Source of the DNA: Lama glama
Taxonomy: Eukaryota
Length of the DNA: 64,000 nucleotides
Direction of reading: 5' to 3'
Assembly: GCA_028534125.1 (NCBI GenBank)
Contig: CM052827.1
Location: 34,782,001-34,846,000, forward strand
Position numbers and translations under genes: made by a program. The stretch's first letter is position 1; each line of letters starts with the position of its first letter. The notes beneath the pieces were generated by a model, which saw nothing but the letters and a program-made list of their open reading frames with translations, was not told the origin of the DNA and did not search any database. This document shows, one piece after another, positions 11,560-21,635 of this stretch.

Positions 11560-11960
11560 TGTCTCTCCTGATCTCTGACCTCATGAATTGAACTGACAGC
11601 TCTCCACTTTCTCCTAAAAGTTTATCATTCCTCTTCCTCTACTTCTCTAATACCAGCTCTGTCTCCTGTGTTCTCCTCGGACCCTGGACCTCTTCCATAC
11701 CCCATTTCCTCTCACCAGCCAAGGGTTCTGCCTCCCTAACCCTCTGCATCCATTCCCATGGCCATGCCTAGTTCAAACCTCGCCCTCTGTCACCTAGGCA
11801 CTGCAACAGCCATCATCTGGTCTCCCTGCAACTGGCCTCCCCTCCTCTTGTCCACATGGTAGCTGCTGGCATCTTTCTAAACTACACATCGGACCACATT
11901 GCTCCCCTGCCAAACTCTTCAGTGCCCTTGCTGACCCCAAGAAGATGCACCTGGTAGGGA
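11560..11960 (+). mobile_element. L2 LINE fragment
   Basis: Pyrimidine-rich L2 motifs ctgcaacagcc...ctggtctccctgc...atctttctaaa...ggaccacattgctcccctgc. Confidence 0.65.
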
Positions 11961-12919
11961 AGGACAGGAAAGGGGAGGCAAGGCCCAAGAGCCTGATAGC
12001 TCTGTGTCGCCTCCTACTGTTGGAGTCCCAGGGGCCCTTGACCTGCACAGTTCCCCACCACCCCCTTCTAGCCCTCCATGCCTTTCCTGAGGTTGTTTCC
12101 TCATCTGTGTGAAGGGATGAGGCCTCAGCAGAGGTGCTCAGGGTATGAAAGTCACAGTGATGGTCTCTTCAAACCTCAGCCAGTCCCCTCTCTGTGGCCC
12201 CAGGGGTAACTAGAGACCTTTGACCCAGCTCACATGGGCCATTACTCTCTTGAGAGCTGGCAGTTTCTATGCATTAATTGCACATTTGCAGTCTCCACAC
12301 CAGAAAGATGACCAAACTCCCACACTTTCAGATTTACTATGCTAGACACAGAACTGAGAGAGAGGAGGCTTGAGCAAAGTTGGCCCATCCCTCAAAACAA
12401 AGCGAGGGAGGACCTCATGTGTGTGGCCCTATGGGGTGTCTGCAGGAACAAAGGTCCTGCCCACCTGGCTGACACCAGCAGCCTTGAAACTCACAAACTC
12501 ACTTACCCTCTTCAACCTCCAGTCCCGGGGGGGGGGCATGTGGGTTCTGTTTTTCTTTTGCAGGTACTCAGTATTTTATCCCATCATCTGGCCCTACCTG
12601 TGTGTTGAACATGGTAGGCAGATAATAGGAACCCCTAAAGACTGACTGACAAGTGTCAGCCCTGCCCCCTGCAGACCTGGAGTCCAGCTAGGGCAGCTTC
12701 AGCAATCCAGCTCATCTGGGACCACTGCGGCCGGCTCAGAACCTCAAACTCATTTCCTCCCTCCCTTCCACTCTCTCTGTGAGGTGGGGCTCAGCTAAGA
12801 GCCAGTTTGTGGCAAAGACATGAGGGACACTAGAAATGAGCCTCAGAAAGACACAACTAACAGATCCACCTCTTGGGACATCTGAGCAGATGTTGCACAG
12901 CACACACCTCATAGAATGT

Positions 12920-13070
12920 GCTCTTGACATCGATGGTGCATTTACACTGTACAGCCACCCCAAGCAGCTACTGTTGGCCCCATTTACAGATGAGAAAACT
13001 GAAACTCAGAAAAGTACAGGACAGTCCTTGAGAGATGTGGCACTGTCACCGGAACCCAATCTTCCTTTCC
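12920..13070 (-). mobile_element. MIR SINE
   Basis: ccccatttacagatgagaaaactgaaactcaga core. Confidence 0.7.
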
Positions 13071-13559
13071 TCTCTACCTTTCTCACCTAGGTTGATTACA
13101 AGTGCTATGCAAATATATTCAAAACATTGAAATGAGCACTATCCAGCACCAAGCCCCCCTACCTCCAGGACAAGTTCCCCACACTATCCCCCTTGTCCTG
13201 CTTGTTCTTGCCCCTCATTTTCCACAAAACAAGATCCTCACCCTTTCTTTCCAGTCCCTGAAAGTTACATTTGTCACCCACTCCCATGGTGCCCTTGTGA
13301 AGACCCCAGTAGTCTCCCTCCCTCCCTGTGGACTGCTGACCTCATCCAGCTCCTCTTTTCTCTTTTGTTTTTCCATCCAGTCACCATCACCTAGGATCCC
13401 CAAATCTCCCTACCTCCAGCTTGGTGACCTCCCCAGAAACCATGAAAACATTTAATTTGCCAATATTTGGGAGGGGGCAGTTTCTTAGAATGGTCTTGCT
13501 GTCCTGGCTCCTGGACTGAGGTTCTCAGCTGTCAGGGGAATCATTGTGTTTCTGGTTTC

Positions 13560-13990
13560 TACTTTTATTCCAGTAGTTTGAATTAGTCTTTTGGGGATGG
13601 ATTCAAGATTAGGAATTATGAGGTAAACTTTAAAGCTTCTGATCATGTTGCCAAACTGCTTTTCCACCAAGGTTGTTTGAGAGTGCTTGTTTCAGGTGGA
13701 GGGTATAGCTCAAGTGGTAGAGCACGTGCTTAGCATGCATGAGGTCGTGGGTTCACTCCCCAATACCTCCTCCTCATTGAAAAAAAAAACCAAACCAAAA
13801 AACAGAATGCCTGTTTCATAGCAGCATTACCAGCTCTGGGATTTAGCATTAAAAATAAAAATTTATAATAGTTTAATGGGTAATGATATCTGATTACATT
13901 TTCCAAGATATCTAAATTATATTCCATTTTTGAGACTTGCTACTTCAATCCTTTTCCTCCTTTTTGAAGGAGTTTGTATTTTCTCCATGG
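13560..13990 (-). mobile_element. Degenerate L1M fragment hosting a younger SINE
   Basis: ggaattatgaggtaa...ttgccaaactgcttttcca and tttaatgggtaatgatatct resemble antisense L1 ORF2 3' region. Confidence 0.55.
13695..13803 (+). mobile_element. tRNA-derived camelid SINE (Vic-1-like)
   Basis: ggagggtatagctcaagtggtagagcacgtgcttagcatgcatgaggtcgtgggttcactccccaatacctcc + A-rich tail; 15-bp TSD agagtgcttgtttca (13680-13694) / agaatgcctgtttca (13804-13818). Confidence 0.9.
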
Positions 13991-14429
13991 ATTTGGGTGT
14001 GTCAGACATACCCCCCTCCGCTGGCATTGAACTACATTAGGGCGGGCTCGGAATAGGACTAAACTGCCTGCCCCAGATTTATGACCCCAGAGTTGTGTTT
14101 TCAAACTTATTAATCAAGCAGCAGAACCTTTTCTCAAACTATCTCACCCAGCACCTCTTTATATAAAACATTAATAGACAGCCTATGAGGAGAAGCCTGG
14201 AACCCCCCCGCCCCTTCCAGAAGTCCCTGTCCTACCTGAGGAAGGGTCGCTGGGACCTTCTTGTTCTGTCTGAAGAGGGAGCACACAATGCAGAGTCAAG
14301 GACCTGAAAGGAAATGAGCGGTTCACAGAGGTGTATGGAACTCCACAGCCCCTGAGCAGCTCAGTGCAGGTGAGCCAGGTACAAAGACCAAAGGGCCCCA
14401 CCTGCGCTGGAGGCACTGCCACACCCTCG

Positions 14430-15480
14430 ACGTCGCCAAGGAGAGGGGGTGGGCCCGGCTGTCCCCACGAAGCTCAGCCAGAGGGGGTGGGGGCGGAGGT
14501 TTGTGCGACAAATCTAGAGAAGCCCGAGGAGTAGGAGGATTGACAGGTGGGGAGGACTCCGCGGGTGGGAGGCATGAGGCTTCCATGTGGACCCCTGGAC
14601 CCAGGCCAGGCCGGAGAAGTGCGGGGTCGGGGGCGGAGAGAAGCGAATTCAGAGCTCCAGCAGCGGGGCCTGGGTTTGATCTGATAGGCGAAGCTAGAAC
14701 AATCGGAGCTCTCCAGGAGCTTTGTGTGATCTCAGCCTTACAAAGGTACCTGGGGGTGGGGGAGAGCTGAACCCAGACCCGGAAAGAGGGCCAGTGGCTA
14801 CCAAGACGGGGGTGAGGTGCGGGGAGGAAGCCGCGTTGAGAGGAAGAACTGAGGGATTTTGCTGCAGATAAGGAGTAGGGATAGACAGATCGGCGAGGGG
14901 AGACTGAGCGGGGACACTTCGTGAACTCGGTGGGGTCTTCGGAGGGGAGGTTTGGGAGGACACCCGTGTGAGCGGTGATCTTTGGACACCAAGGCACCGG
15001 TTCCCCACATTCCTTTCTAACCCAGTCCCAGGATCCGCTGGCCCAGACACTCACTCTCCTGCCGGGGGTCTTAGGTCCGGTCTCTCTCTGGCCCCGCCCT
15101 TCTAGTCCCGCCCCCGGCCTCAGGTGCTGGACCCGCCTCCGATTTCTGGTCCGGGTCCCTGGGCCTCAGTCACTGCCGGGCCCCGCCTCCTGAAACCTGG
15201 CCCCAGGCAGCTCTTTGGCCACTTCGCCTGGCCTCAGACAAAGTCCTGCTCTTTAGTCCCGCCTTCCAGTCCCCAGACCCACCCCCGACTTTGCAGCCGA
15301 ATCCTCCGGGCTTGGCCCCGCCCCCTGGACTCAGGTCCAGGAAGTTCAGCCCCCCACCCCCAACCCCGTCTCTGCGCAGCCCATGACGAGCTCGTCGGCC
15401 CTCCACCTTCTCAAACCAGTTCTGCTGCCGCCCAAAGCCCTTTTTTTACCACCCTCACACTCCACGCAGGGTGACCGTTA
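14430..15480. promoter_or_regulatory. Intronic GC/CpG-rich island-like region with many Sp/KLF GC boxes
   Basis: CpG density visibly far above the flanks; GGGGCGG at 14490 and 14630; CCCGCC-type boxes at 15092, 15107, 15132, 15181, 15258, 15316. Confidence 0.6.
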
Positions 15481-16064
15481 CTCCCCAGTGCCAATCTGGA
15501 CCAGCCCATGTCCTCTATATACACTTATTTTGCAAATCACCCAAACTAAGCATTTCAGAATGATCTGAAATTTGAGTCCCAAGGGCTCTGTCCCGAAGCC
15601 AAAGATGTTGTGGAAGAGTTGAGAAGGAGTGTCCTCACTTGGGAAACAGTTGGCACCCTCCTGATCAGGAATCCACTAGAAAAGCTCCAGTGAGACAAGG
15701 GTTCTAGTCGGCTGAAAGGTCTTGGGCAAGTCACTGAACCTCTGAACCTCAGATGCTCTCTCCCCTGTACCACTGAGGGTCACTACAGGGTCTTGGATGG
15801 CCATGGCCAGGGCCAAATGAGTACAGATCAGAGTGGGAAGAAGGAAGCCAGAGCCCGTAGGTCCTCGGTCTACATGCTGTACCTGAGGGGGCTTGTTTCC
15901 ATGGGGACACCATGCTTTATTTCCTCTGAGTTAAGGTTCTGGCAGGCATCCCTCCCCACCCATAGCCTGGGGAGTCCAAACTGCTGAGAGGTCAGAGGGT
16001 GGCCTGCTGTCCTAGCCTCCAGGGCAGGCCTAGTCCCCTGTGCCTGGGACGCCTGCCTCCTCAC

Positions 16065-16128
16065 CCTCAGTAAGCTGACAACCTGTATTCACAGTTGTCC
16101 TTCACTCTCTTGGTGGCTGACCTGCCTC
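16065..16128 (-). other. SMPD3: Probable non-coding 5'UTR exon 2 of SMPD3 (64 nt; alternative acceptor gives 57 nt)
   Basis: gtccAG|GAGGCAGGTCAGCC...TTACTGAGG|gtgagg; size and ~15 kb distance to the coding exon fit my recollection of human gene structure (not verified). Confidence 0.55.
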
Positions 16129-16712
16129 CTGGACCACAGGCTGGCAAGCATCTGAAAGTGACCATAAAAGAAGCAGGCCTCTCTGGGGCTGTCCCAGCCT
16201 GTGCAGCTCTCAGCCCCCACTTCCCTCTCCCAGAGTCCTCACCTCTCAATGAGAAATTTGCTAAGGAGGGTCTTTGTGCTCAGATATTCCCCAAACTATC
16301 CTCAGCTGCATAGCCTCTCTTCCTAACAAACTCTTCTGGAAAATCCCCTGTGTGTTTTTTCAAAACAGAATTAAAGTCCAGGAACTAACTATTTAGGGAG
16401 GGGTTCCTGAGGGGAAATGGAATCTCTGCAACCTTGAGATAACAGGACCTTTCCTTTTCTCAAAAGAAAAGAAAAACTTGTCAGATCATTGATATTCTGA
16501 GCCAGACCTTGTTTTGAAATATGCTCTCCTCTGTCCTTTAACAAACTACAGCCTTTCTCCCTTTTGAAAATAAGATCACATCAAATCAGGGATTAGAAAT
16601 GGGAAAATTCAATCAGAGCCTCCCTCTGCCAGTTACACGTCTCAATACACTCCCAGGCGAGCAGAATCAGCTCCCGCTACAACCCAGCTCAGCATCATCA
16701 TTCAACACGCAC

Positions 16713-16900
16713 CGGTAGGAAATGGTGAAACAGAAGGACCTTTCATCCCGAGTGAGTGAGGCCTGCAGCACTGCTCTTCTAGCTCTGGAAGCTGGCGGTG
16801 TCCCGGACCAGTGGAGTCTGGGCCTGTTGTTTAAATAGGCAGTGGGAGGGGGCAGGGCTGGCCGGGGGGGCGGGCATGGAAAGTGGGCCGTTTACCCAGC
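16713..16900 (-). promoter_or_regulatory. Candidate internal TATA/GC-box promoter and short alternative first exon
   Basis: GC box 16867-16874, TATTTAAA 16837-16830, donor ACCG|GTGCGT with GT at 16712-16711. Confidence 0.45.
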
Positions 16901-17119
16901 ACAGCAAGGCAGTGTCCACCGAGCCAGCAGTGGTCCTAAGCATGTGCCTGCCTGCTTGTCCGCTGTGAGCCTCAAGCCCACAGGCCCCTAGACCACAGAC
17001 CAGCACCTGGGATGACCCTGATGGACGTGCAACTCTAAGCGAGACCACATGCTCAGATGCATGGAGCTTGGTGCCGGTACCTGGATGCCTCTACCTGTCT
17101 TGAGGCATAGCCTGGGCAG

Positions 17120-17285
17120 CAGAACCAGCTATGGAGTTAGACAGACCTGCTCCCTAGACCAGTAGGTAGTGGCTCCAAGCAAGGCGTCTCTCCGAGCCTG
17201 TTTCTAGTTTCTTGAAATAAGGATAATAACACCTACTTCATAGGTCCAGAAATAATGTTTGCAAAGGGCCTCTCACCCAGGAGGT
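17120..17285 (+). mobile_element. MIR SINE
   Basis: tggagttagacagacctg...gagcctgtttc...ggataataacacctacttcatagg. Confidence 0.6.
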
Positions 17286-17659
17286 TGATTTTACTTATCC
17301 ACATGGTGATGCTAGGGTCAGGTACCTTTAACAAGGTTTAAGCCCAAAGAGGTTTGGTAACATACATAGAGTCACACAGCCCTCCAGCTGAGTGTCAGGG
17401 TCAGACTTCATGCAGACCTGAGACTCAGGTGAGTTGACAGAAGCCTCTTGAGGTGAGGGTGAGGAGCCATTGCTGGCCTTGGGGTAAGGTCTTGACTGAA
17501 CTCTGGAGTTACCCCTAGATCCCCAATACCAAGGCAAGGGAAGAGGCATGGCTAGACAGGCATGCTGAGATGGCCTGTCTGTGCATTTGGTTGGGACCTT
17601 GCAGTGGGGTGCAGAAGTACCCTAGAGTAACTACTAGGGATGGCTGGTAAAAGGAGCTG

Positions 17660-18019
17660 CCCCCACATTCTTGCTAATTCATATATTGAAACCCTAATCC
17701 CCCCAGTGTGGCTGTATATATAAATGGGGCCTTTATGGAAGTAATTTAGATTACATGAGGTGATACGGGTGGGGCCCAATCCAATAGGATTAATGTCCTT
17801 ATAAGAAAGACATCAGAGAGCTCCCACCACCTCCCACATTCATCGAGGAAAGACCATGTGAGGGTTGCAAGCCAGGAAGAGAGACCTCTGTAGAAACCGA
17901 ATCAGTCAGAACCTTGATCTTGGACTTCTGGCCTCCAGAACTGTTAAAAAAGTTAATTTCGTTTGTTTACGCCACCCAGTCTGTGATATTTTGTTACGGC
18001 AGCCCTCACAAATTAATAC
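17660..18019 (+). mobile_element. MaLR solo LTR (MLT1A/B-like)
   Basis: aattcatatattgaaaccctaatcccc...accttgatcttggacttctggcctccagaactg...ccacccagtctgtgatattttgttacggcagccc...taataca. Confidence 0.88.
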
Positions 18020-18289
18020 AAATGAATGGGATTAAGGGGTTGCTGGGGAGCATGAAAAAGGACCATGAGTGAATTCAGAGGTTTCCAATTCAGGCAATAG
18101 TATGGGCACTGAAGTCATGCACTGGCCAGGGGTCAGGTTGGGGAAAGCAGGGTGATGGTTTATTGAGGGACATTTGCGTGGGTGTGACCACTTGACAGCA
18201 GGATATTCAGATCCAGAAGTCAGAGAAGTCTGGGCTGGAGCAGGATTTGTACATTATTAGGAGTGACTAAATTTCGTCAGATCACTTAC

Positions 18290-19120
18290 TATTTTTTTTT
18301 CAGTTGGTCCATTCTCATTCCAGTGTCTTTTATATCAGCTTTTGTCTTTCTGTAAAAAGGCAGACATTCTCCTTTGCTTTTAAAGAGTATAATTGTGCAC
18401 AGATTCTCCCCAATCTTTAAATGGCTTTGTTTCCTCCTACTTGTACAGAGCAAGTCTTGAGGAACATAACTGATGTGTGGTAAGAATACACGTGTGGTTA
18501 GAATTGCACATTTTTTCCCGAGGTTCATCTTTACTCTTGTGATACCAGTTCTCATGTCATTCTTGTCATTCCAATTTCAAAAGAGCATATCTCCCTTCAC
18601 TTCAGCTTGCCAGATAATTTATCATTCAGAAATTTAACTAGCAAATGTTTATTTCTTTCTGATGTTTATTTCCCTGAGAGTCAAACTCGAAAGGCACAGT
18701 GTGTGTACTTTAGTTCTAGGCCGAGCTGTCTTTTTTGCCTCTGGAAACTTTTCTTGTATTATTTCTTTCCAGATGTTTCCCTCATCATATGCCTCTTCCC
18801 ACTCACCTCTCTTTCTCCTGTTTCAGGACTGTGACACCATTTCCCATTTTCCAAATCATTTGCATCTTTGTTTGTTTTGTGTCTCTGTTTCTGGTTTGAT
18901 GTTTTATTTTATTGTCAACATCACTGCTTTCTTTTTTCTGTTGTTTCAGTTATACAAACTACCACTTGCAGATGTATTTCAATTCTTTCAGTCATGGAAT
19001 TACAGGCACTTTTGTTGTTGTTCTGATCTGTTCCTGTTAGTAATCTTTTGGTCATTTATTTCTTTCAAAGTAGTTATTACTTAGTACACCTTACTTGTTC
19101 TTGAGGCTTTGCAGATTCTG
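18290..19120 (-). mobile_element. Probable highly degenerate L1 fragments
   Basis: T-rich low-GC block typical of antisense old L1; no diagnostic motif. Confidence 0.4.
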
Positions 19121-20509
19121 TCATGTAAAAACCAAATTAATTGACATTTCCTGTGTGCAGACACTGCTACTTGTATTTAGTGCTGTGGCAGGTGCTTCCC
19201 TTCCAAGTTTAGAATTCTGCAGTCAGAACTGCTTTGAGGGAGGTTCTGATTAAGATTTATTCCATCTTGTTCCAAAAGAGATTCAAGATGACTTAAACTG
19301 TGTTCTATGAACAGAATGATAAGACTCTTTTTTTTTTTTTTAAAAAGCAGTGAGAGAATTAGGGCCAAGGGAAAAAAAGGTAGAAAAAACACGAAGTAGC
19401 CAAGCAGAGACAGGGAGATGGAGTGAGGAGGGGAGGGCCTCTTGACTCTCACAGTTGGCACAAGTGGGCACAAAGGGAATGTGTTTTAAGACTGAGACCT
19501 GTCCTTTTCATTTTTGTTGGTGGTGTTGAAATGACCCTTTGTTTTAAGTTCTTGCTTAAATGGCTGTAGCATGGAAGGAGCTCCCATGGTGCAACTCACT
19601 CTGCAACCCCCTAGGGTGGGAAACGCTTTTTTATCTTTTTCTCAATAGAGATAGAATTGGAAAGAGACAGAGGTGAGATACACTCATGAAGTGTGGGCGG
19701 CTGCATGTAAACACTGAAACAGTCGCCTCCTGCTCCTCTTCCAAAAGTCAGTATTGATTGAGCAAGTAATTAGCTGTGTATTTCCTGTGCTCTGAATCAG
19801 ATCATTTCCCTGTTTTGGGGTGGCAAGTGTAATCAGGGAGAGAGGAAGTCTTCTCAGGGGCTCTCTGTTCCCATAGAACTCCAGAGTGGCCTCATTTCAC
19901 ACCTCTCAGGAAAACAGTTTTCCGAGTGACAGATTGATTGGTGTATGGGTGGTTACCAAAAAAGATTCTACTTTATTAGCTGTTTGTCTTTTTTTTTTTA
20001 ACTTTATCAAAATGTCATCTTCCTGGGGTTTAAGAATGTGCCCTCTGGCTTTGAGGGAAGATTTGCCGATCCACAAGTGAAGAGCTGTCATGTCAGGGTC
20101 TCACTCAAGCCCTTGAGTGATGAGCTCAGCCAAGGCTGCCCAGCCTGAGGTGCTCTCTCAGCGGGGTGGAGGGAACCCAGGGGTAGGCAGGCACCAAAGG
20201 GATGTTGCCAAGCCTCATCCTGGTGCCTGAACTGTCTTTTTTTTTTTTTTTCTTAGATATATCAAGGAAAAATCAGAATCTCAAGATTCACGTACATGAA
20301 TTCTCATGTTTAGGTAGGTTTGCTTTTCTGTTTGAGGAGGGAACAGAAAACACTCCACTTACTCATTTTTAAAATTAAATACAAGGAAATATATTAAACA
20401 ATTAAAAACGATTTGGTTTCCTATTGGTGGCAGTTAAAGAAGAGAGAAAGACAGAGGGGAGGTTGAAAGCAGTAGAGGGAAGGCAGGGGCCAGAGTCCCG
20501 TCCCCAGGG

Positions 20510-21195
20510 ACCAGCCCTGACCTCCCTGCTCCAGCTCCAGTGCTCCCAGGCAGACGATCTGTCCTTGGCCCCTTCTTCACCCTCAACTTGTCCTATCCAG
20601 ACCCAATAGGACACTCCCAGCTCTTCAGTCCATTTCTGGTCCCTGGTCCCGCTTCCTTCCCCTCTGGTCTCCTCATTTCTTGCCTGCAGGGTTGCACAGC
20701 CACCCAGCCTGCATGTGGCCACTTCCATCATGCTCCATGTCCAAGCCTGTGATTCCCACCACAAGCAGCTCTAAGTTCTTTTGGCCCTTGCCCAGCATCT
20801 CCAGATCTTCCTCCATGCACAGAACAAATCCTCCTACCTTGCCTGCTGGGGGCCCTTGGTGATGGGGCCCTGCCTTCCTCAGTCTCACTTCTGACTTTTT
20901 CTTCCTCCCACTGATTCATTCTGATGGCCTTAACCTCTAGCTTTCCTCTTTCCTGGAACATGCCATGCTCTTTCACGCCTCCGTGCTTTTGCACATGCTG
21001 TCCCCTGTGTCTGAAACATTCTCTCTGGTTGATCCACCTGGCAACCGGCCTCTAAGGCTCAGCTCCACAGCTGTCAAGCCCCTCCCTTCAATCATACACC
21101 CACTGGGCTTTGTGCTGGCAGCCCAAAGCCCACCTGCGCCGAGCACAGAGCCTAGTCCCTGAGAGGCACTCAGGGAACCTTGGTTGAATTAATAA
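20510..21195 (+). mobile_element. L2 LINE fragments
   Basis: ttcctggaacatgccatgctctttcacgcctccgtgcttttgcacatgctg; L2-like 3' end ...cactcagggaacctttggttgaattaata. Confidence 0.7.
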
Positions 21196-21429
21196 AATGG
21201 TTTCTAGCCAGGCCAGAGCATCAGTCATCAAAAGTTTCAGTTCCTTCTGTACATATCAGGTGGCACAGCAGGAGTTATAAGAAAACTGCTCCCAACTCTT
21301 TGAACTAGTGCGTCAGTGAGGCTGCCTTGTGTTAAAGGAGATATACAAAAATGTAGTCTTAAAGGTGAAAAGACTTGTGTGAACTCACGTATGTTGTGGT
21401 AGCCCCTGCAGCTGGCTGAGATCGTCACT

Positions 21430-21635
21430 ATCATCATTAGTGTTTTGGGGGCACCTGTTGTGTGCCAGAAACTGTGCTAAGAGTGTTGCTTGCAGAACCT
21501 CTTGTTTAATTCTCTAGACAGCCTGGGGAATTTGGGCATTATTGTTCCCGTTGTCAGAGAGGGTAACTGAGGCTTGGGAAGGTTAAGCGATTTGCCCAAG
21601 TCATACAGCTAGAGAGTGGTAGAGCCTAGACTCTG
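21430..21635 (-). mobile_element. MIR SINE
   Basis: gtgtgccagaaactgtgctaag...actgaggcttgggaaggttaagcgatttgcccaagtcatacagcta. Confidence 0.8.

Noticed and set aside
13695-13770. tRNA gene look-alike (also 50655-50727)
   Set aside because: A-rich tail, target-site duplications and a broken acceptor stem show these are SINEs, not tRNA genes
14323-15054. 243-aa Pro/Ser-rich ORF on the minus strand
   Set aside because: GTG start that coincides with a splice-donor-like GTGAGT; length is explained by stop-poor GC-rich sequence; no family resemblance
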